Shown here one piece after another: positions 29,521 through 41,329 of a stretch of 64,000 nt of DNA. Position 1 is the first letter of the stretch. Every line of letters starts with the position of its first letter. A program made the position numbers and the translations under genes. This DNA comes from Candidatus Aphodoplasma sp. (GTDB taxonomy: Bacteria; Bacillota; Clostridia; UBA1381; UMGS1253), in assembly GCA_045541115.1 (NCBI GenBank), contig JAZQIM010000003.1, positions 14,663 through 78,662 on the forward strand, read 5' to 3'. The notes below the pieces were generated by a model, which was given only the letters and a program-made list of their open reading frames with translations, was not told the origin of the DNA and searched no databases.

Positions 29521-29907
29521 ATGGATATTTTAGAAATGGCAAGAGAGCTTGGTAAGGCGATTGCTGACAGTGAACTTATGGCAAACGTAAAAAAGACGGA
29601 AGAGATTCAAAACAATGATGAAGTAGCGCAAAAACTAATAGGTGAATATAATCTTAAGCGTATCCAACTTGGACAGCGTGTTCAAAAAGAGAATCCGACA
29701 AAAGAAGAGCTCGAAGGTATAAGGAAAGAACTCGCTGATGAATTTGACAAGCTTATGCAGCATGAGAGCATTAAAAACTTTATCAATGCAAGAAAAGAGC
29801 TTGATGCAGTGATGGATCAGGTTAATAATATAATTACTTTTTATGTAACAGGCAAAACAAATAATGGCTGCTCGTCAGATTGCAGCAGCTGCGGTGGTTG
29901 CCACTAA
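29521..29907 (+). CDS. ymcA: YmcA/YlbF-family regulator (RicA-like) with Cys-rich C-terminal tail
   Basis: The helical protein MDILEMARELGKAIADSELM... is YlbF/YmcA-like and sits between miaB and mutS, as B. subtilis ymcA does. The tail is NNGCSSDCSSCGGCH. I prefer the ATG at 29521 (GGAGG 8 nt upstream) over the track TTG at 29506. Confidence 0.72.
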   Translation: MDILEMARELGKAIADSELMANVKKTEEIQNNDEVAQKLIGEYNLKRIQLGQRVQKENPTKEELEGIRKELADEFDKLMQHESIKNFINARKELDAVMDQVNNIITFYVTGKTNNGCSSDCSSCGGCH

Positions 29908-29925
29908 TACAAGGGGGAAATCTTT

Positions 29926-32556
29926 GTGACTGATTCAACGCCAATGATGAAGCAATATCTGAAAATTAAACAAAAATATGACGATTGCATTTTATTTTAC
30001 CGCCTTGGCGATTTTTATGAAATGTTTAATGATGATGCGCTGATTGCATCGCGTGAGCTTGAACTTACACTTACAGGTCGTGGTGGTAAAAAAGGTGATG
30101 AAATTGGCGGCGAAAACGGTCGTATACCGATGTGCGGCGTGCCGTTTCACAGTGCGGACTCGTATATAATACGTCTTGTATCAAAAGGATATAAGGTTGC
30201 AATCTGTGAACAGACACAGGATCCCGCACAGGCAAGCGGAATCGTTGAGCGTGATGTTATAAAGATTGTTACGCCCGGAACACTTACTGACGAAAGAGCG
30301 CTTGATGATAAGAAAAATAACTTTTTGGCGCTTATATATTGTACTGATAAATCTGATACTGCGCTTGTATTTGCCGACATATCCACAGGCGAGCTTTTTG
30401 CATCGACAGTATCGGGAATCAATATAGATGCAGTTTGTGATGAAATTGCGAGTTTTAATCCTTCGGAGCTTCTTTTTAGTAAGGATGCAAAAAGGATTTA
30501 TGCCGATTCGGTTAAGGGTAGATTTGATGTATATGTAGGCGAAATTTCAGATGAGCTTTTTGATTATGATGTAGCGTATAGCGCTATTTCAGACGAGCTT
30601 TGCGCAAACGATTTGTCGGCTACGCAAATTCCTGATGACAAAACGCTTGTTGTGGCGATTGGCGCTGTTATTATGTATCTTGCCGATACACAAAAATCGT
30701 CACTGTTTAAGCTGTTAAATATCAACTGCTACAAGCCAATGCAGTATATGGGAATAGATTATTCTACAAGACGTAATCTCGAGCTTACAGCATCGATGCG
30801 GGAAAAAGTAAAAAAGAATACACTTCTTTGGGTACTTGATCATACAAAAACATCGATGGGTGGAAGAAGACTTGCACAGTGGATTGAAAAACCGCTTTTA
30901 AGCGTGGGCGAAATAAAACTTCGCCAGGAAGGCGTACGCGAGCTTTATGAAAACATGATGCTTCGAGAAGAAATTGACGATTGCCTCGACGAAATATATG
31001 ATATTTCGCGCCTTATTAACAGAATTTCACTTGGCAGTGCATCGCCACGAGATATGATATCGCTTCGAAATTCACTTTCGGTACTGCCGGAGCTTAAAGC
31101 AAAGCTTTCAAAGTTTAGCTGCGATATTTTGACCGTTCAATGTGAAAAACTTGATGTCTTAGACGATATAAAAGAGCTTTTATATGATGCCATAATTGAC
31201 GAGCCACCTGTAAATGCGCGTGAAGGCGGTGTCATAAAAGACGGCTACAATGAAAATGTCGACGAATACCGCACGGCGCAACGTGAAGGCAAAAACTGGC
31301 TTGCGCAGGTACAGGCAGATGAACGTGAAAGAACAGGTATTAAAACATTAAAAGTCGGATATAACAAGGTTTTTGGATATTATATCGAAGTAAGTAAGGG
31401 CCAGGTATCACAAGTGCCTGAATATTATGTAAGAAAGCAAACGCTCGTTAACGGCGAAAGATATATTACTCCAAAACTTAAGGAGATAGAAAATATAATT
31501 ATTGGGGCAGAGGAGCGTCTTGTACGCCTTGAAAATCATCTATTCGATGACGTTAAACAAAAAATATGTGCCCAGATTGAAAGACTAAAAACTACTGCAG
31601 ATGTAATTGCCACAGTTGATACGCTTTCATCGCTTGCAAAGGCAGCGCAGCAAAACAATTATGTAATGCCGACTGTTAATAGCGAAGAAGTGATAAAAAT
31701 TAAGGACGGTCGACATCCTGTCGTTGAAAAGATGCTTAAAAATGAGCTTTTCGTGCCAAATGATACATATATTGACACATCCGAAGACAGAATGTGCATT
31801 ATAACAGGACCGAATATGGCGGGAAAATCGACATATATGCGACAAGTTGCGCTTATAACTCTTATGGCGCAAATCGGAAGTTTTGTTCCTGCGACAGAGG
31901 CACAAATCGGAATAGTCGACAAAATATTTACGCGTGTCGGTGCATCAGATGATCTTGCAACGGGACAAAGTACATTTATGGTTGAGATGAATGAGGTCAC
32001 AAACATCTTAAATAATGCGACGAATAAAAGTCTTGTAATACTCGATGAAATTGGCCGTGGCACGAGCACATACGACGGGCTTTCTATTGCGTGGGCTGTT
32101 GCAGAATATATTTGTAATAAAGAAAAAATTGGTGCAAAAACATTGTTTTCTACCCACTATCACGAGCTTACAGAGCTTGAAAACAGACTTGACGGCGTTA
32201 AAAATTATTGTATAGCCGTTAAAAAACGCGGGGATGACATTACATTTTTAAGAAAAATAATTCGCGGCGGTGCTGACGGAAGTTATGGTATTGAAGTAGC
32301 GGCGCTTGCAGGAATACCTTATGAAGTTACAGAGCGTGCAAAGCAGATTTTCAAATCGCTTGAAGAAAACGATGTAAATAATGGCTCATATCAGTTAAAT
32401 ATGATAGATATGAAAAATTATTCTATATTAAACAGTGAAAAAGAGCTTGACAATGAAATTGTAAGCGAGCTTAAGAAAATTGACGTAACGACATATACAC
32501 CTATAGAAGCACTTAATAAATTATATGAGCTTTCAGGTAAAGCGAAAGAGATGTAA
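29926..32556 (+). CDS. mutS: DNA mismatch repair protein MutS
   Basis: 876 aa. Motifs are MMKQYLKIKQKYDDCILFYRLGDFYEMF, Walker A (GPNMAGKSTYMRQ) and STHYHEL. The GTG start is preceded by AAGGGGGA. Confidence 0.97.
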   Translation: MTDSTPMMKQYLKIKQKYDDCILFYRLGDFYEMFNDDALIASRELELTLTGRGGKKGDEIGGENGRIPMCGVPFHSADSYIIRLVSKGYKVAICEQTQDPAQASGIVERDVIKIVTPGTLTDERALDDKKNNFLALIYCTDKSDTALVFADISTGELFASTVSGINIDAVCDEIASFNPSELLFSKDAKRIYADSVKGRFDVYVGEISDELFDYDVAYSAISDELCANDLSATQIPDDKTLVVAIGAVIMYLADTQKSSLFKLLNINCYKPMQYMGIDYSTRRNLELTASMREKVKKNTLLWVLDHTKTSMGGRRLAQWIEKPLLSVGEIKLRQEGVRELYENMMLREEIDDCLDEIYDISRLINRISLGSASPRDMISLRNSLSVLPELKAKLSKFSCDILTVQCEKLDVLDDIKELLYDAIIDEPPVNAREGGVIKDGYNENVDEYRTAQREGKNWLAQVQADERERTGIKTLKVGYNKVFGYYIEVSKGQVSQVPEYYVRKQTLVNGERYITPKLKEIENIIIGAEERLVRLENHLFDDVKQKICAQIERLKTTADVIATVDTLSSLAKAAQQNNYVMPTVNSEEVIKIKDGRHPVVEKMLKNELFVPNDTYIDTSEDRMCIITGPNMAGKSTYMRQVALITLMAQIGSFVPATEAQIGIVDKIFTRVGASDDLATGQSTFMVEMNEVTNILNNATNKSLVILDEIGRGTSTYDGLSIAWAVAEYICNKEKIGAKTLFSTHYHELTELENRLDGVKNYCIAVKKRGDDITFLRKIIRGGADGSYGIEVAALAGIPYEVTERAKQIFKSLEENDVNNGSYQLNMIDMKNYSILNSEKELDNEIVSELKKIDVTTYTPIEALNKLYELSGKAKEM

Positions 32557-32591
32557 AGGTTTTTGCTTTACATATAAACGGAGGTGAGCGT

Positions 32592-34574
32592 ATGGGAAAA
32601 ATAAATGTTTTAGATATTTCAGTAGCAAATATGATTGCCGCAGGAGAAGTTGTAGAAAGACCGGCATCTGTTGTTAAAGAGCTTGTTGAAAATTCTATTG
32701 ACGCCGGGGCAAAAACGATTAGCGTCGAAATTAAAAACGGCGGAATATCCTACATACGCGTCACAGATGATGGACATGGAATAGAGCAAAGCGACGTGCC
32801 GCTTGCGTTTGTACGTCATGCCACGAGCAAAATTTGTGAAGCAAAAGACCTTGAGGCAATATCGACGTTAGGATTTCGCGGCGAGGCGTTATGCTCCGTT
32901 GCTGCAGTTGCAAAGGTTGTTCTTACAAGCAAGACCGCCGATGCACCAAACGCTACACGCATAAAAATTGAAGGCGGCGAAATGGACGATATCGATGAGG
33001 TTGGTGCACCGAACGGTACAACGATTGAAATTAAGCAGCTGTTTTATAACACGCCTGCACGAATGAAATTTCTAAAAAAAGATACAACAGAAGCAGGATA
33101 TATAACTGATATAATGCAAAGATTTGTGCTTGCACATCCCGAAGTATCGTTTCGTTATATAAATGCCGGAAAGCAAATCCTGCACTCGTCGGGCGACGGC
33201 GAGCTTATAAATGCGATTTATACTGTTTATGGCAGAGATTATGCAAAGAATGTGATTCCGGTAAGTTATAGCGACGGTGCGATTAGTGTATCGGGATATA
33301 TTGGAAAAAGCATGATTAGCAGGCCGAACAGAACGTATCAGAGCTTTTTTGTAAATGAACGTTATATAAAGAGCAGAACAGCTGCAGTGGCGCTTGAAGA
33401 AGCATATAAAAATCAGCTTATGGGAGGTAAATTTCCGTTTGCAGTAATTAAGCTTTCGATAAATCCTTCGCTTGTTGATGTAAATGTTCATCCGAACAAA
33501 ACAGAAGTAAAATTTTCTGATGAGCGAAAGGTTTTTGATGTTGTATATTGGGCGGTTAAAAATGCACTTTATGAAAAACCGATAATTCCTGATGTAAGCA
33601 TAAAGGAAAAACGTGAGGCATACAAAAACAAAGCTTTTTCTGAAAAAGAAAAGGAATTTGTGCAGACACTTTTAAGTATAAACGTTGACAAAACCGACAA
33701 ACAAGAAAAAGAAGTTATTGTGCATGAACAAAAAGCAATTCCAAATAAATTTGAGTTATTTTCTGTCGACGAAAAAAACAAAACAGAAGAAAAAGTTATA
33801 GAAAAGACTCCGGAAGCTATTAAACCGTTTGTTTATAGTGAAACATTAACAAAAGAAGATGAGGTAAAAAGCGAGCCTTGTGAAGATGTAAAAGATGTAT
33901 TAGAGGAAGAAAATATTTACTCATATGAAAGTAGTAAGTCACAAAAAGCGATTGAAGAAAATAGTGAGCCGATTGACAATAACAATGAAATAACTGATGA
34001 TCCATACAGAATAATAGGTACGGCGTTTAACACATATATCATTCTTGAGCGTGGCGAGAGTGTGCTTTTAATTGACCAGCACGCAGCACACGAAAGACTT
34101 AAGTATGAGCAGTTAATGAAAGAAGTGAAAAACAGCGGCGTAAAAATACAATCGATGCTTATGCCTGTTGTAGTTGATTTGTCTGCGGTCGAGCGCGCGT
34201 ATGTATGCGAAAATTCAAATGAATTTTTAAAGCTCGGTTTTGATATCGAGCAGTTTGGAGAAAATACAATCGTTATAAATGGTGCTCCGGCTAATTCGGA
34301 TTATGATGACATAGCTGATTTATTTGTGGAGATACTCTCGCAGATGATGGCAGATAAAAAGCAGCCGATATCTGAACGTGAGCAAAGAGCAATGTACACA
34401 ATTGCATGCAAAGCAGCGATTAAAGCAAATCAAATGCTTGATGAGCGTGAGATAAAGGCACTTGTAGACGATGTTTTATCGCTTGATGCAATAAATACAT
34501 GTCCGCATGGACGTCCTATAACTATTTCGCTTACACGATATGAAATAGAAAAGCAGTTTAAAAGAATTGTATAA
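32592..34574 (+). CDS. mutL: DNA mismatch repair protein MutL
   Basis: 660 aa with a GHKL ATPase N-terminus (IAAGEVVERPASVVKELVENSIDAGA) and a C-terminal dimerisation/endonuclease domain (DQHAAHERL, CPHGRP). Confidence 0.96.
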   Translation: MGKINVLDISVANMIAAGEVVERPASVVKELVENSIDAGAKTISVEIKNGGISYIRVTDDGHGIEQSDVPLAFVRHATSKICEAKDLEAISTLGFRGEALCSVAAVAKVVLTSKTADAPNATRIKIEGGEMDDIDEVGAPNGTTIEIKQLFYNTPARMKFLKKDTTEAGYITDIMQRFVLAHPEVSFRYINAGKQILHSSGDGELINAIYTVYGRDYAKNVIPVSYSDGAISVSGYIGKSMISRPNRTYQSFFVNERYIKSRTAAVALEEAYKNQLMGGKFPFAVIKLSINPSLVDVNVHPNKTEVKFSDERKVFDVVYWAVKNALYEKPIIPDVSIKEKREAYKNKAFSEKEKEFVQTLLSINVDKTDKQEKEVIVHEQKAIPNKFELFSVDEKNKTEEKVIEKTPEAIKPFVYSETLTKEDEVKSEPCEDVKDVLEEENIYSYESSKSQKAIEENSEPIDNNNEITDDPYRIIGTAFNTYIILERGESVLLIDQHAAHERLKYEQLMKEVKNSGVKIQSMLMPVVVDLSAVERAYVCENSNEFLKLGFDIEQFGENTIVINGAPANSDYDDIADLFVEILSQMMADKKQPISEREQRAMYTIACKAAIKANQMLDEREIKALVDDVLSLDAINTCPHGRPITISLTRYEIEKQFKRIV

Positions 34575-34604
34575 ATATTACTCTAACAGAAACGGAGAAT
34601 TTTT

Positions 34605-35579
34605 ATGCCTGATTTAAAAATACCCGTAGTAGCAATAGTCGGTCCGACGGCATCGGGCAAGACGGCTTTATCGATAGAGGTTGCGAAGCGTTTTTGTGGC
34701 GAGATAGTAAGCGCTGACAGCATGCAGATATATAAGCATATGGATATTGGTACTGCAAAGCCGTCACACGAGGAAAAAGAAGGCATAAAACATTATATGC
34801 TCGACGTAGTTGAGCCTGATGAGAGTTTTAGCGTATATTCATATGCAAAGCTTGCAAAAAAGCATATATCGGATATTTTTTCATCAAAAAAGCTACCCAT
34901 AATTGTCGGTGGCACAGGCCTTTATATCGATAACGTATTGCAAAACATTTCGCTCGCAGACACAAGCGACGTAAGCGAATTAAGAGAAAAATTAAATGAA
35001 GAAGCAGAAAAACATGGCAATGAATATATGTATAAGAAGTTAGAAGGTCTTGATAGTGAAGCGGCAAAAAATATCCACCCAAACAACATACGACGCGTTA
35101 TTCGTGCACTTGAAGTGTATTATGAAACGGGGAAAACGTTTTCGCAGCAAATAAAAGAATCGAAAAACGAGCCGAGTCCGTATGAGAGCATTATCTTTAT
35201 GCCTGTATGGGACAGAGAAGTTTTGTATGAGCGCATTGATAAGAGAGTCGATATTATGTTTGAGATGGGACTCTATGATGAGTTTAAGAAGCTTTTAGAT
35301 ATGGGATACAATCATCGTCTTAACTCAATGCAGGCAATAGGGTATAAGGAACTGTTCTTATATGAAAGAGGAATGTGCAGCTTTGATGAGGCGAAGATGC
35401 TTATAAAAAAGCACTCAAGAAACTATGCAAAAAGACAGCTTACATGGTTTAAGCGAAATGAAAATATTATTTTGCTCGACGCACAAAATGATGATATAAT
35501 ACAAACATGTGCCGAGCATGTGGCAAAATGGCTCGATGAAAAAGCGAGCAATAATAAAGGATGTGATAGATGTGAATAA
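34605..35579 (+). CDS. miaA: tRNA dimethylallyltransferase (MiaA)
   Basis: 324 aa with a P-loop (IVGPTASGKTALS) plus SADSMQIYKHMDIGTAKP and GGTGLY motifs. Confidence 0.95.
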   Translation: MPDLKIPVVAIVGPTASGKTALSIEVAKRFCGEIVSADSMQIYKHMDIGTAKPSHEEKEGIKHYMLDVVEPDESFSVYSYAKLAKKHISDIFSSKKLPIIVGGTGLYIDNVLQNISLADTSDVSELREKLNEEAEKHGNEYMYKKLEGLDSEAAKNIHPNNIRRVIRALEVYYETGKTFSQQIKESKNEPSPYESIIFMPVWDREVLYERIDKRVDIMFEMGLYDEFKKLLDMGYNHRLNSMQAIGYKELFLYERGMCSFDEAKMLIKKHSRNYAKRQLTWFKRNENIILLDAQNDDIIQTCAEHVAKWLDEKASNNKGCDRCE

Positions 35580-37143
35580 AGTGTTTATATTAGATTCGAC
35601 ACTGCGTGACGGAGCGCAGGCAAAGGGAATATCTTTTTCAGTAGATGACAAGCTTAAAATTGCGCAAAAGCTCGATGCGCTTGGAGTGTCATACATAGAA
35701 GCGGGCAATCCCGGTTCAAACCCAAAGGACTTGGAGTTTTTTACGCGCGCAAAAAAGCTTAAGCTTGAAAATGCAAAGCTATGCGCATTTGGCGCTACGC
35801 ACAGAGTAGGCATAAGCGTTGAAGAAGATATAAATGTTGCATCTATGATTGAAGCTGACACACCTGTGGTGTCTGTTTTCGGTAAGACATGGGATTTACA
35901 TGTTTTTGACATCCTTGATACGACGAAGGAAAATAATTTAAAAATAATCTCAGATACAATATCATATTTCAAATCAAAGGGTAAAGAGGTAATATTTGAT
36001 GCCGAGCACTTTTTTGACGGATATAAATCAAATCCTGATTATGCGCTCGAGTGCATATGTGTGGCGAAAGATGCCGGAGCTGATTGCATAGTATTATGTG
36101 ATACAAACGGTGCCGCATTTCCCGATGAGATTGAAAAAATCACAAAAGAGGCAATAAGTAAAGTAAACATTTCAATCGGCATACATTGTCATAATGACAT
36201 TGGAGTTGCAGTCGCAAACTCGCTTATGGCGGTGCGCGCAGGTGCGACTCACGTTCAGGGAACGATGAATGGAATAGGCGAAAGATGCGGAAATGCAAAC
36301 TTGTCTGCAATTATTCCAAATTTAGAGTTGAAAATGGGATATTCCTGCATAAAAGAGGGAAAACTTGAAGATATAACAGATACGGCGAGATTTGTAAGTG
36401 AGATTGCAAACATTTCTCATGATGAGCGCCAGCCTTACGTTGGTGCGTGTGCATTTGCACATAAAGGCGGTATGCATGTAGATGGAGTAATGAAAAATTC
36501 GTCTACATTTGAGCATATCAACCCTGAAGCAGTAGGCAATGTGCGCCGTGTGCTTATAAGTGAAATGGCGGGACGTGCAAACGTTATAAGGGCGATACAA
36601 AAAGTTGACCCATCACTTGATAAACACAGCGCAGAGGTTGGAAAGGTTATTGATAAGCTAAAAGAGCTTGAGTATGAGGGGTACCAGTTTGAAGGAGCGG
36701 AAAGCTCAATGGATTTGCTTATACGAAAGGTTTTAGGTAAATACGAGCCGTATTTTGACTTGAATCAGTTTAAAGTTATTGTAAGTGAACCGAGCGGCGA
36801 GGAGTTAAGCTCATCTGCATTAGTTAAAATTCATGTCGGAAAATCAGAGGCAATCACAGCCGCAGAAGGAAATGGTCCTGTAGCTGCTCTCGATACTGCC
36901 TTAAGACGTGCTTTAGAGCAGTTTTACCCACAGCTTAAGGATGTACGCTTGACAGACTATAAGGTGCGTGTTCTCGATAGTCAGAATGCGACAGAGTCAA
37001 AGGTTAGAGTTTTGGTTGAGTCGAGCGACGGTGTAAACAGCTGGAGCACAGTCGGCGTTTCTACTGACATTATTGATGCGAGCTGGCATGCGCTCGTTGA
37101 TTCGCTTGAATACAAGCTTTTACTTGATTCATTAAAAAATTAA
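35572..37143 (+). CDS. cimA: Citramalate synthase (CimA; LeuA/HMGL-like family)
   Basis: Motifs include ILDSTLRDGAQAKGISFS and HCHNDIGVAVANS, with a C-terminal LeuA-dimer-type regulatory domain. The length and N-terminus fit the citramalate synthase subgroup, not LeuA. The GTG at 35572 is the likely start, overlapping the last 8 nt of miaA; the track ORF starts at 35509. Confidence 0.78.
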   Translation: MNKVFILDSTLRDGAQAKGISFSVDDKLKIAQKLDALGVSYIEAGNPGSNPKDLEFFTRAKKLKLENAKLCAFGATHRVGISVEEDINVASMIEADTPVVSVFGKTWDLHVFDILDTTKENNLKIISDTISYFKSKGKEVIFDAEHFFDGYKSNPDYALECICVAKDAGADCIVLCDTNGAAFPDEIEKITKEAISKVNISIGIHCHNDIGVAVANSLMAVRAGATHVQGTMNGIGERCGNANLSAIIPNLELKMGYSCIKEGKLEDITDTARFVSEIANISHDERQPYVGACAFAHKGGMHVDGVMKNSSTFEHINPEAVGNVRRVLISEMAGRANVIRAIQKVDPSLDKHSAEVGKVIDKLKELEYEGYQFEGAESSMDLLIRKVLGKYEPYFDLNQFKVIVSEPSGEELSSSALVKIHVGKSEAITAAEGNGPVAALDTALRRALEQFYPQLKDVRLTDYKVRVLDSQNATESKVRVLVESSDGVNSWSTVGVSTDIIDASWHALVDSLEYKLLLDSLKN

Positions 37144-37170
37144 AGAATTAAGAAGGGCAGTGTAAAATTT

Positions 37171-37647
37171 ATGGGCGTGATAACAAAGAAAGTGTCGGAC
37201 TCAAGAGTCGAACAGACACAAATTGTTATGCCGAGTCATATAAATGGTTACGGAAGGCTTTTTGGTGGTCAACTTACCGAATGGATTGACGTTGTAGCCG
37301 GTGTTGTTGCAAGGCGTCATGCAGGTTGCGAAGTAACGACTGTTTGTATAGATAATCTTTATTTCAAAGCTCCTGCATATGCTAATGAAACGATAATTTT
37401 GATAGGAAAGTTAAGCTATGTAGGCAAAACATCAATGGAGGTTAGGGTTGATACGTACGTTGAGTCACTCACCGGTGCACGCTCACTTGTAAATACTGCA
37501 TATCTTGTGATGGTTGCACTTGACGGCAGAGAAAGACCGATGGAAGCGCCGCGCCTTGAGCTTATAAGTGATGAGGAAAAGGAAGAATGGGAAGCAGGCA
37601 AAAAACGCAGCGAAATCCGTAAAAAACGCCGTCTTGAACAGTTTTAA
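37171..37647 (+). CDS. Acyl-CoA thioesterase (hotdog fold, YciA/BFIT-like)
   Basis: 158 aa. The motif MPSHINGYGRLFGGQLTEWIDVVAG is typical of hotdog acyl-CoA hydrolases. Confidence 0.8.
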   Translation: MGVITKKVSDSRVEQTQIVMPSHINGYGRLFGGQLTEWIDVVAGVVARRHAGCEVTTVCIDNLYFKAPAYANETIILIGKLSYVGKTSMEVRVDTYVESLTGARSLVNTAYLVMVALDGRERPMEAPRLELISDEEKEEWEAGKKRSEIRKKRRLEQF

Positions 37648-37710
37648 TGAACCATATGTGCTCTTTTTATGAACAAATCGTTAAATATTGAAAAAAATTC
37701 TAATACCATC

Positions 37711-37739
37711 TTGACAAATATGTCATAAGGTGGTATTTT
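37711..37739 (+). promoter_or_regulatory. Sigma-A-type promoter of the hrcA operon
   Basis: TTGACA (37711-37716), a 17-nt spacer and TATTTT (37734-37739) lie immediately upstream of the CIRCE operator. Confidence 0.6.
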
Positions 37740-37750
37740 TATAAATGAGG

Positions 37751-37777
37751 TTAGCACTCATCTTCGAAGAGTGCTAA
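37751..37777 (+). promoter_or_regulatory. CIRCE operator (HrcA binding site)
   Basis: TTAGCACTC-atcttcgaa-GAGTGCTAA is a perfect match to the consensus TTAGCACTC-N9-GAGTGCTAA. It lies 28 nt upstream of the hrcA start. Confidence 0.95.
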
Positions 37778-37804
37778 CAAAAAATAACCGAGGGGGTTGG
37801 ACTT

Positions 37805-38851
37805 GTGAGTTTAAGCGAAAGAAAAAGAAAAATCCTTGAAGCGATAATCGAAGATTACATCATAAGTGCAGAACCTATCGGTTCAAGAACAATATCAAAA
37901 AATACTGACATGGGGTTGTCTAGTGCAACTATAAGAAATGAAATGTCTGACCTTGAGGAAATGGGATATCTTATTTCGCCGCACACATCGGCAGGCAGAA
38001 TACCGACAGATGCGGGCTATCGTTTTTATGTAAATGAGCTTATGAAGCAGTATGACATGGCAAACGAAGAAATAGTAAGGTTAAGACGGTTTTTCACAGC
38101 AGGTATTTTACAGCTTGACAAACTCATACGACAAGCGGGAAGCATTGTGTCGCAGATGACAAATTACACGACGATTGCTGTTACGCCGGAGCTAAACAAG
38201 TCGTATATAAAGCGTTTTGAACTTGTGCCGATTGATGCGCATTCAGCGCTTTTAGTTCTTGTGACGAGTGAGGGGATTATACGAAACCAGCTTGTATCTA
38301 CAAAAGAGAGCGAAGATGAGCTTCGCCGCATTTCTGTCATATTAAATGAAAAGCTTGCAGGACTCACGCTTGAGGATATTAACCTTATAAAAATAAACGA
38401 AGTTCAAAAAGCGCTTGATAAAAACGTTTCGATGCTTATGCCCGTATTAGACTTTGTTCACAGAACAATTTCAGAGCTTGATGGCTCAGAGGTATATGTT
38501 GCAAATGCACAGAATATCTTAAATCATCCGGAGTATTATGATTTGTCGAAGGCGAAGGAAATAATAGGATTTTTGGAAGATAAGCAGAGCGTAAAAAGTG
38601 CATTTGACCAGGGAAGCTCCGATGATAAAATTAACATTATTATCGGCAGAGAAAATAAAATTGATGAGATGCGTGACGCGTCGATTATAACTGCGAAATA
38701 TTTTTCGAATGGAAAAATGCTTGGCAAGATAGGTATTGTGGGACCAACGCGCATGAACTATGCAAAGGTTGTGTCATCGCTTGACTATATAACAAAAAAC
38801 ATGGACAACATAATTAACGAATTGTACAACGAAGAGAAGGGTAGTGAATAG
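37805..38851 (+). CDS. hrcA: Heat-inducible transcription repressor HrcA
   Basis: 348 aa with a winged-helix N-terminus (ERKRKILEAIIEDYIISAEPIGSRTISK). It is the first gene of the hrcA-grpE-dnaK-dnaJ operon. The GTG start is preceded by GAGGGGG. Confidence 0.95.
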   Translation: MSLSERKRKILEAIIEDYIISAEPIGSRTISKNTDMGLSSATIRNEMSDLEEMGYLISPHTSAGRIPTDAGYRFYVNELMKQYDMANEEIVRLRRFFTAGILQLDKLIRQAGSIVSQMTNYTTIAVTPELNKSYIKRFELVPIDAHSALLVLVTSEGIIRNQLVSTKESEDELRRISVILNEKLAGLTLEDINLIKINEVQKALDKNVSMLMPVLDFVHRTISELDGSEVYVANAQNILNHPEYYDLSKAKEIIGFLEDKQSVKSAFDQGSSDDKINIIIGRENKIDEMRDASIITAKYFSNGKMLGKIGIVGPTRMNYAKVVSSLDYITKNMDNIINELYNEEKGSE

Positions 38852-39407
38852 AGTGGCAAAAAAGTCAGAGGCATGTGAAGAAAAAGCAAAGACAACACCT
38901 GATGCACTTGATGAAGTGACAGAAAAAGCCGAAGAAATTGAAGAAGAAAATATTATAAATGATAAATGTGAAGAGCTTGAGAAAAAATATAATGAGCTTG
39001 AAGATAAATATTTTCGTCTTGCGGCAGAATATACTAATTTTCAAAGGCGTACTCGAGAAGAAAAAGATGCTCTCTACACAAATGCAGTTTCCGATACTGT
39101 GGCAGAGCTTTTGCCGATAATGGATAATTTGCAGCGTGCAGTTGATACATCAAAACAGGCAACTGATGCAAAAACAGTAGCAGACGGAGTTGAGCTTATT
39201 ACAAAAATGGCACTCGAGGTTTTTTCAAAGCTTGGAGTTGAGCCTATAGAGGCACTCGGTAAGGAATTTGATGCATCTCTACATAATGCCGTGATGCATA
39301 TTGATGACGAGAGTTATGGAAAAAATGAAGTTGTAGAAGAATTTCAAAAGGGATATAAATGCAAGGATAAAGTTATAAGATACAGTATGGTAAAGGTTGC
39401 AAACTAA
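38844..39407 (+). CDS. grpE: Nucleotide exchange factor GrpE
   Basis: It has an acidic N-terminus, a coiled coil (FRLAAEYTNFQRRTREE) and a GrpE C-terminal beta domain. The start is GTG 38844 (overlapping the hrcA stop) or GTG 38853. Confidence 0.93.
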   Translation: MNRVAKKSEACEEKAKTTPDALDEVTEKAEEIEEENIINDKCEELEKKYNELEDKYFRLAAEYTNFQRRTREEKDALYTNAVSDTVAELLPIMDNLQRAVDTSKQATDAKTVADGVELITKMALEVFSKLGVEPIEALGKEFDASLHNAVMHIDDESYGKNEVVEEFQKGYKCKDKVIRYSMVKVAN

Positions 39408-39450
39408 GTAAATAATAATTTCACAATATAAATTTATTAACACATTTTAG

Positions 39451-41295
<1,845 letters not shown>

Positions 41296-41329
41296 TATAA
41301 TTAATACGTGAAAATATGTACGAATTGTA

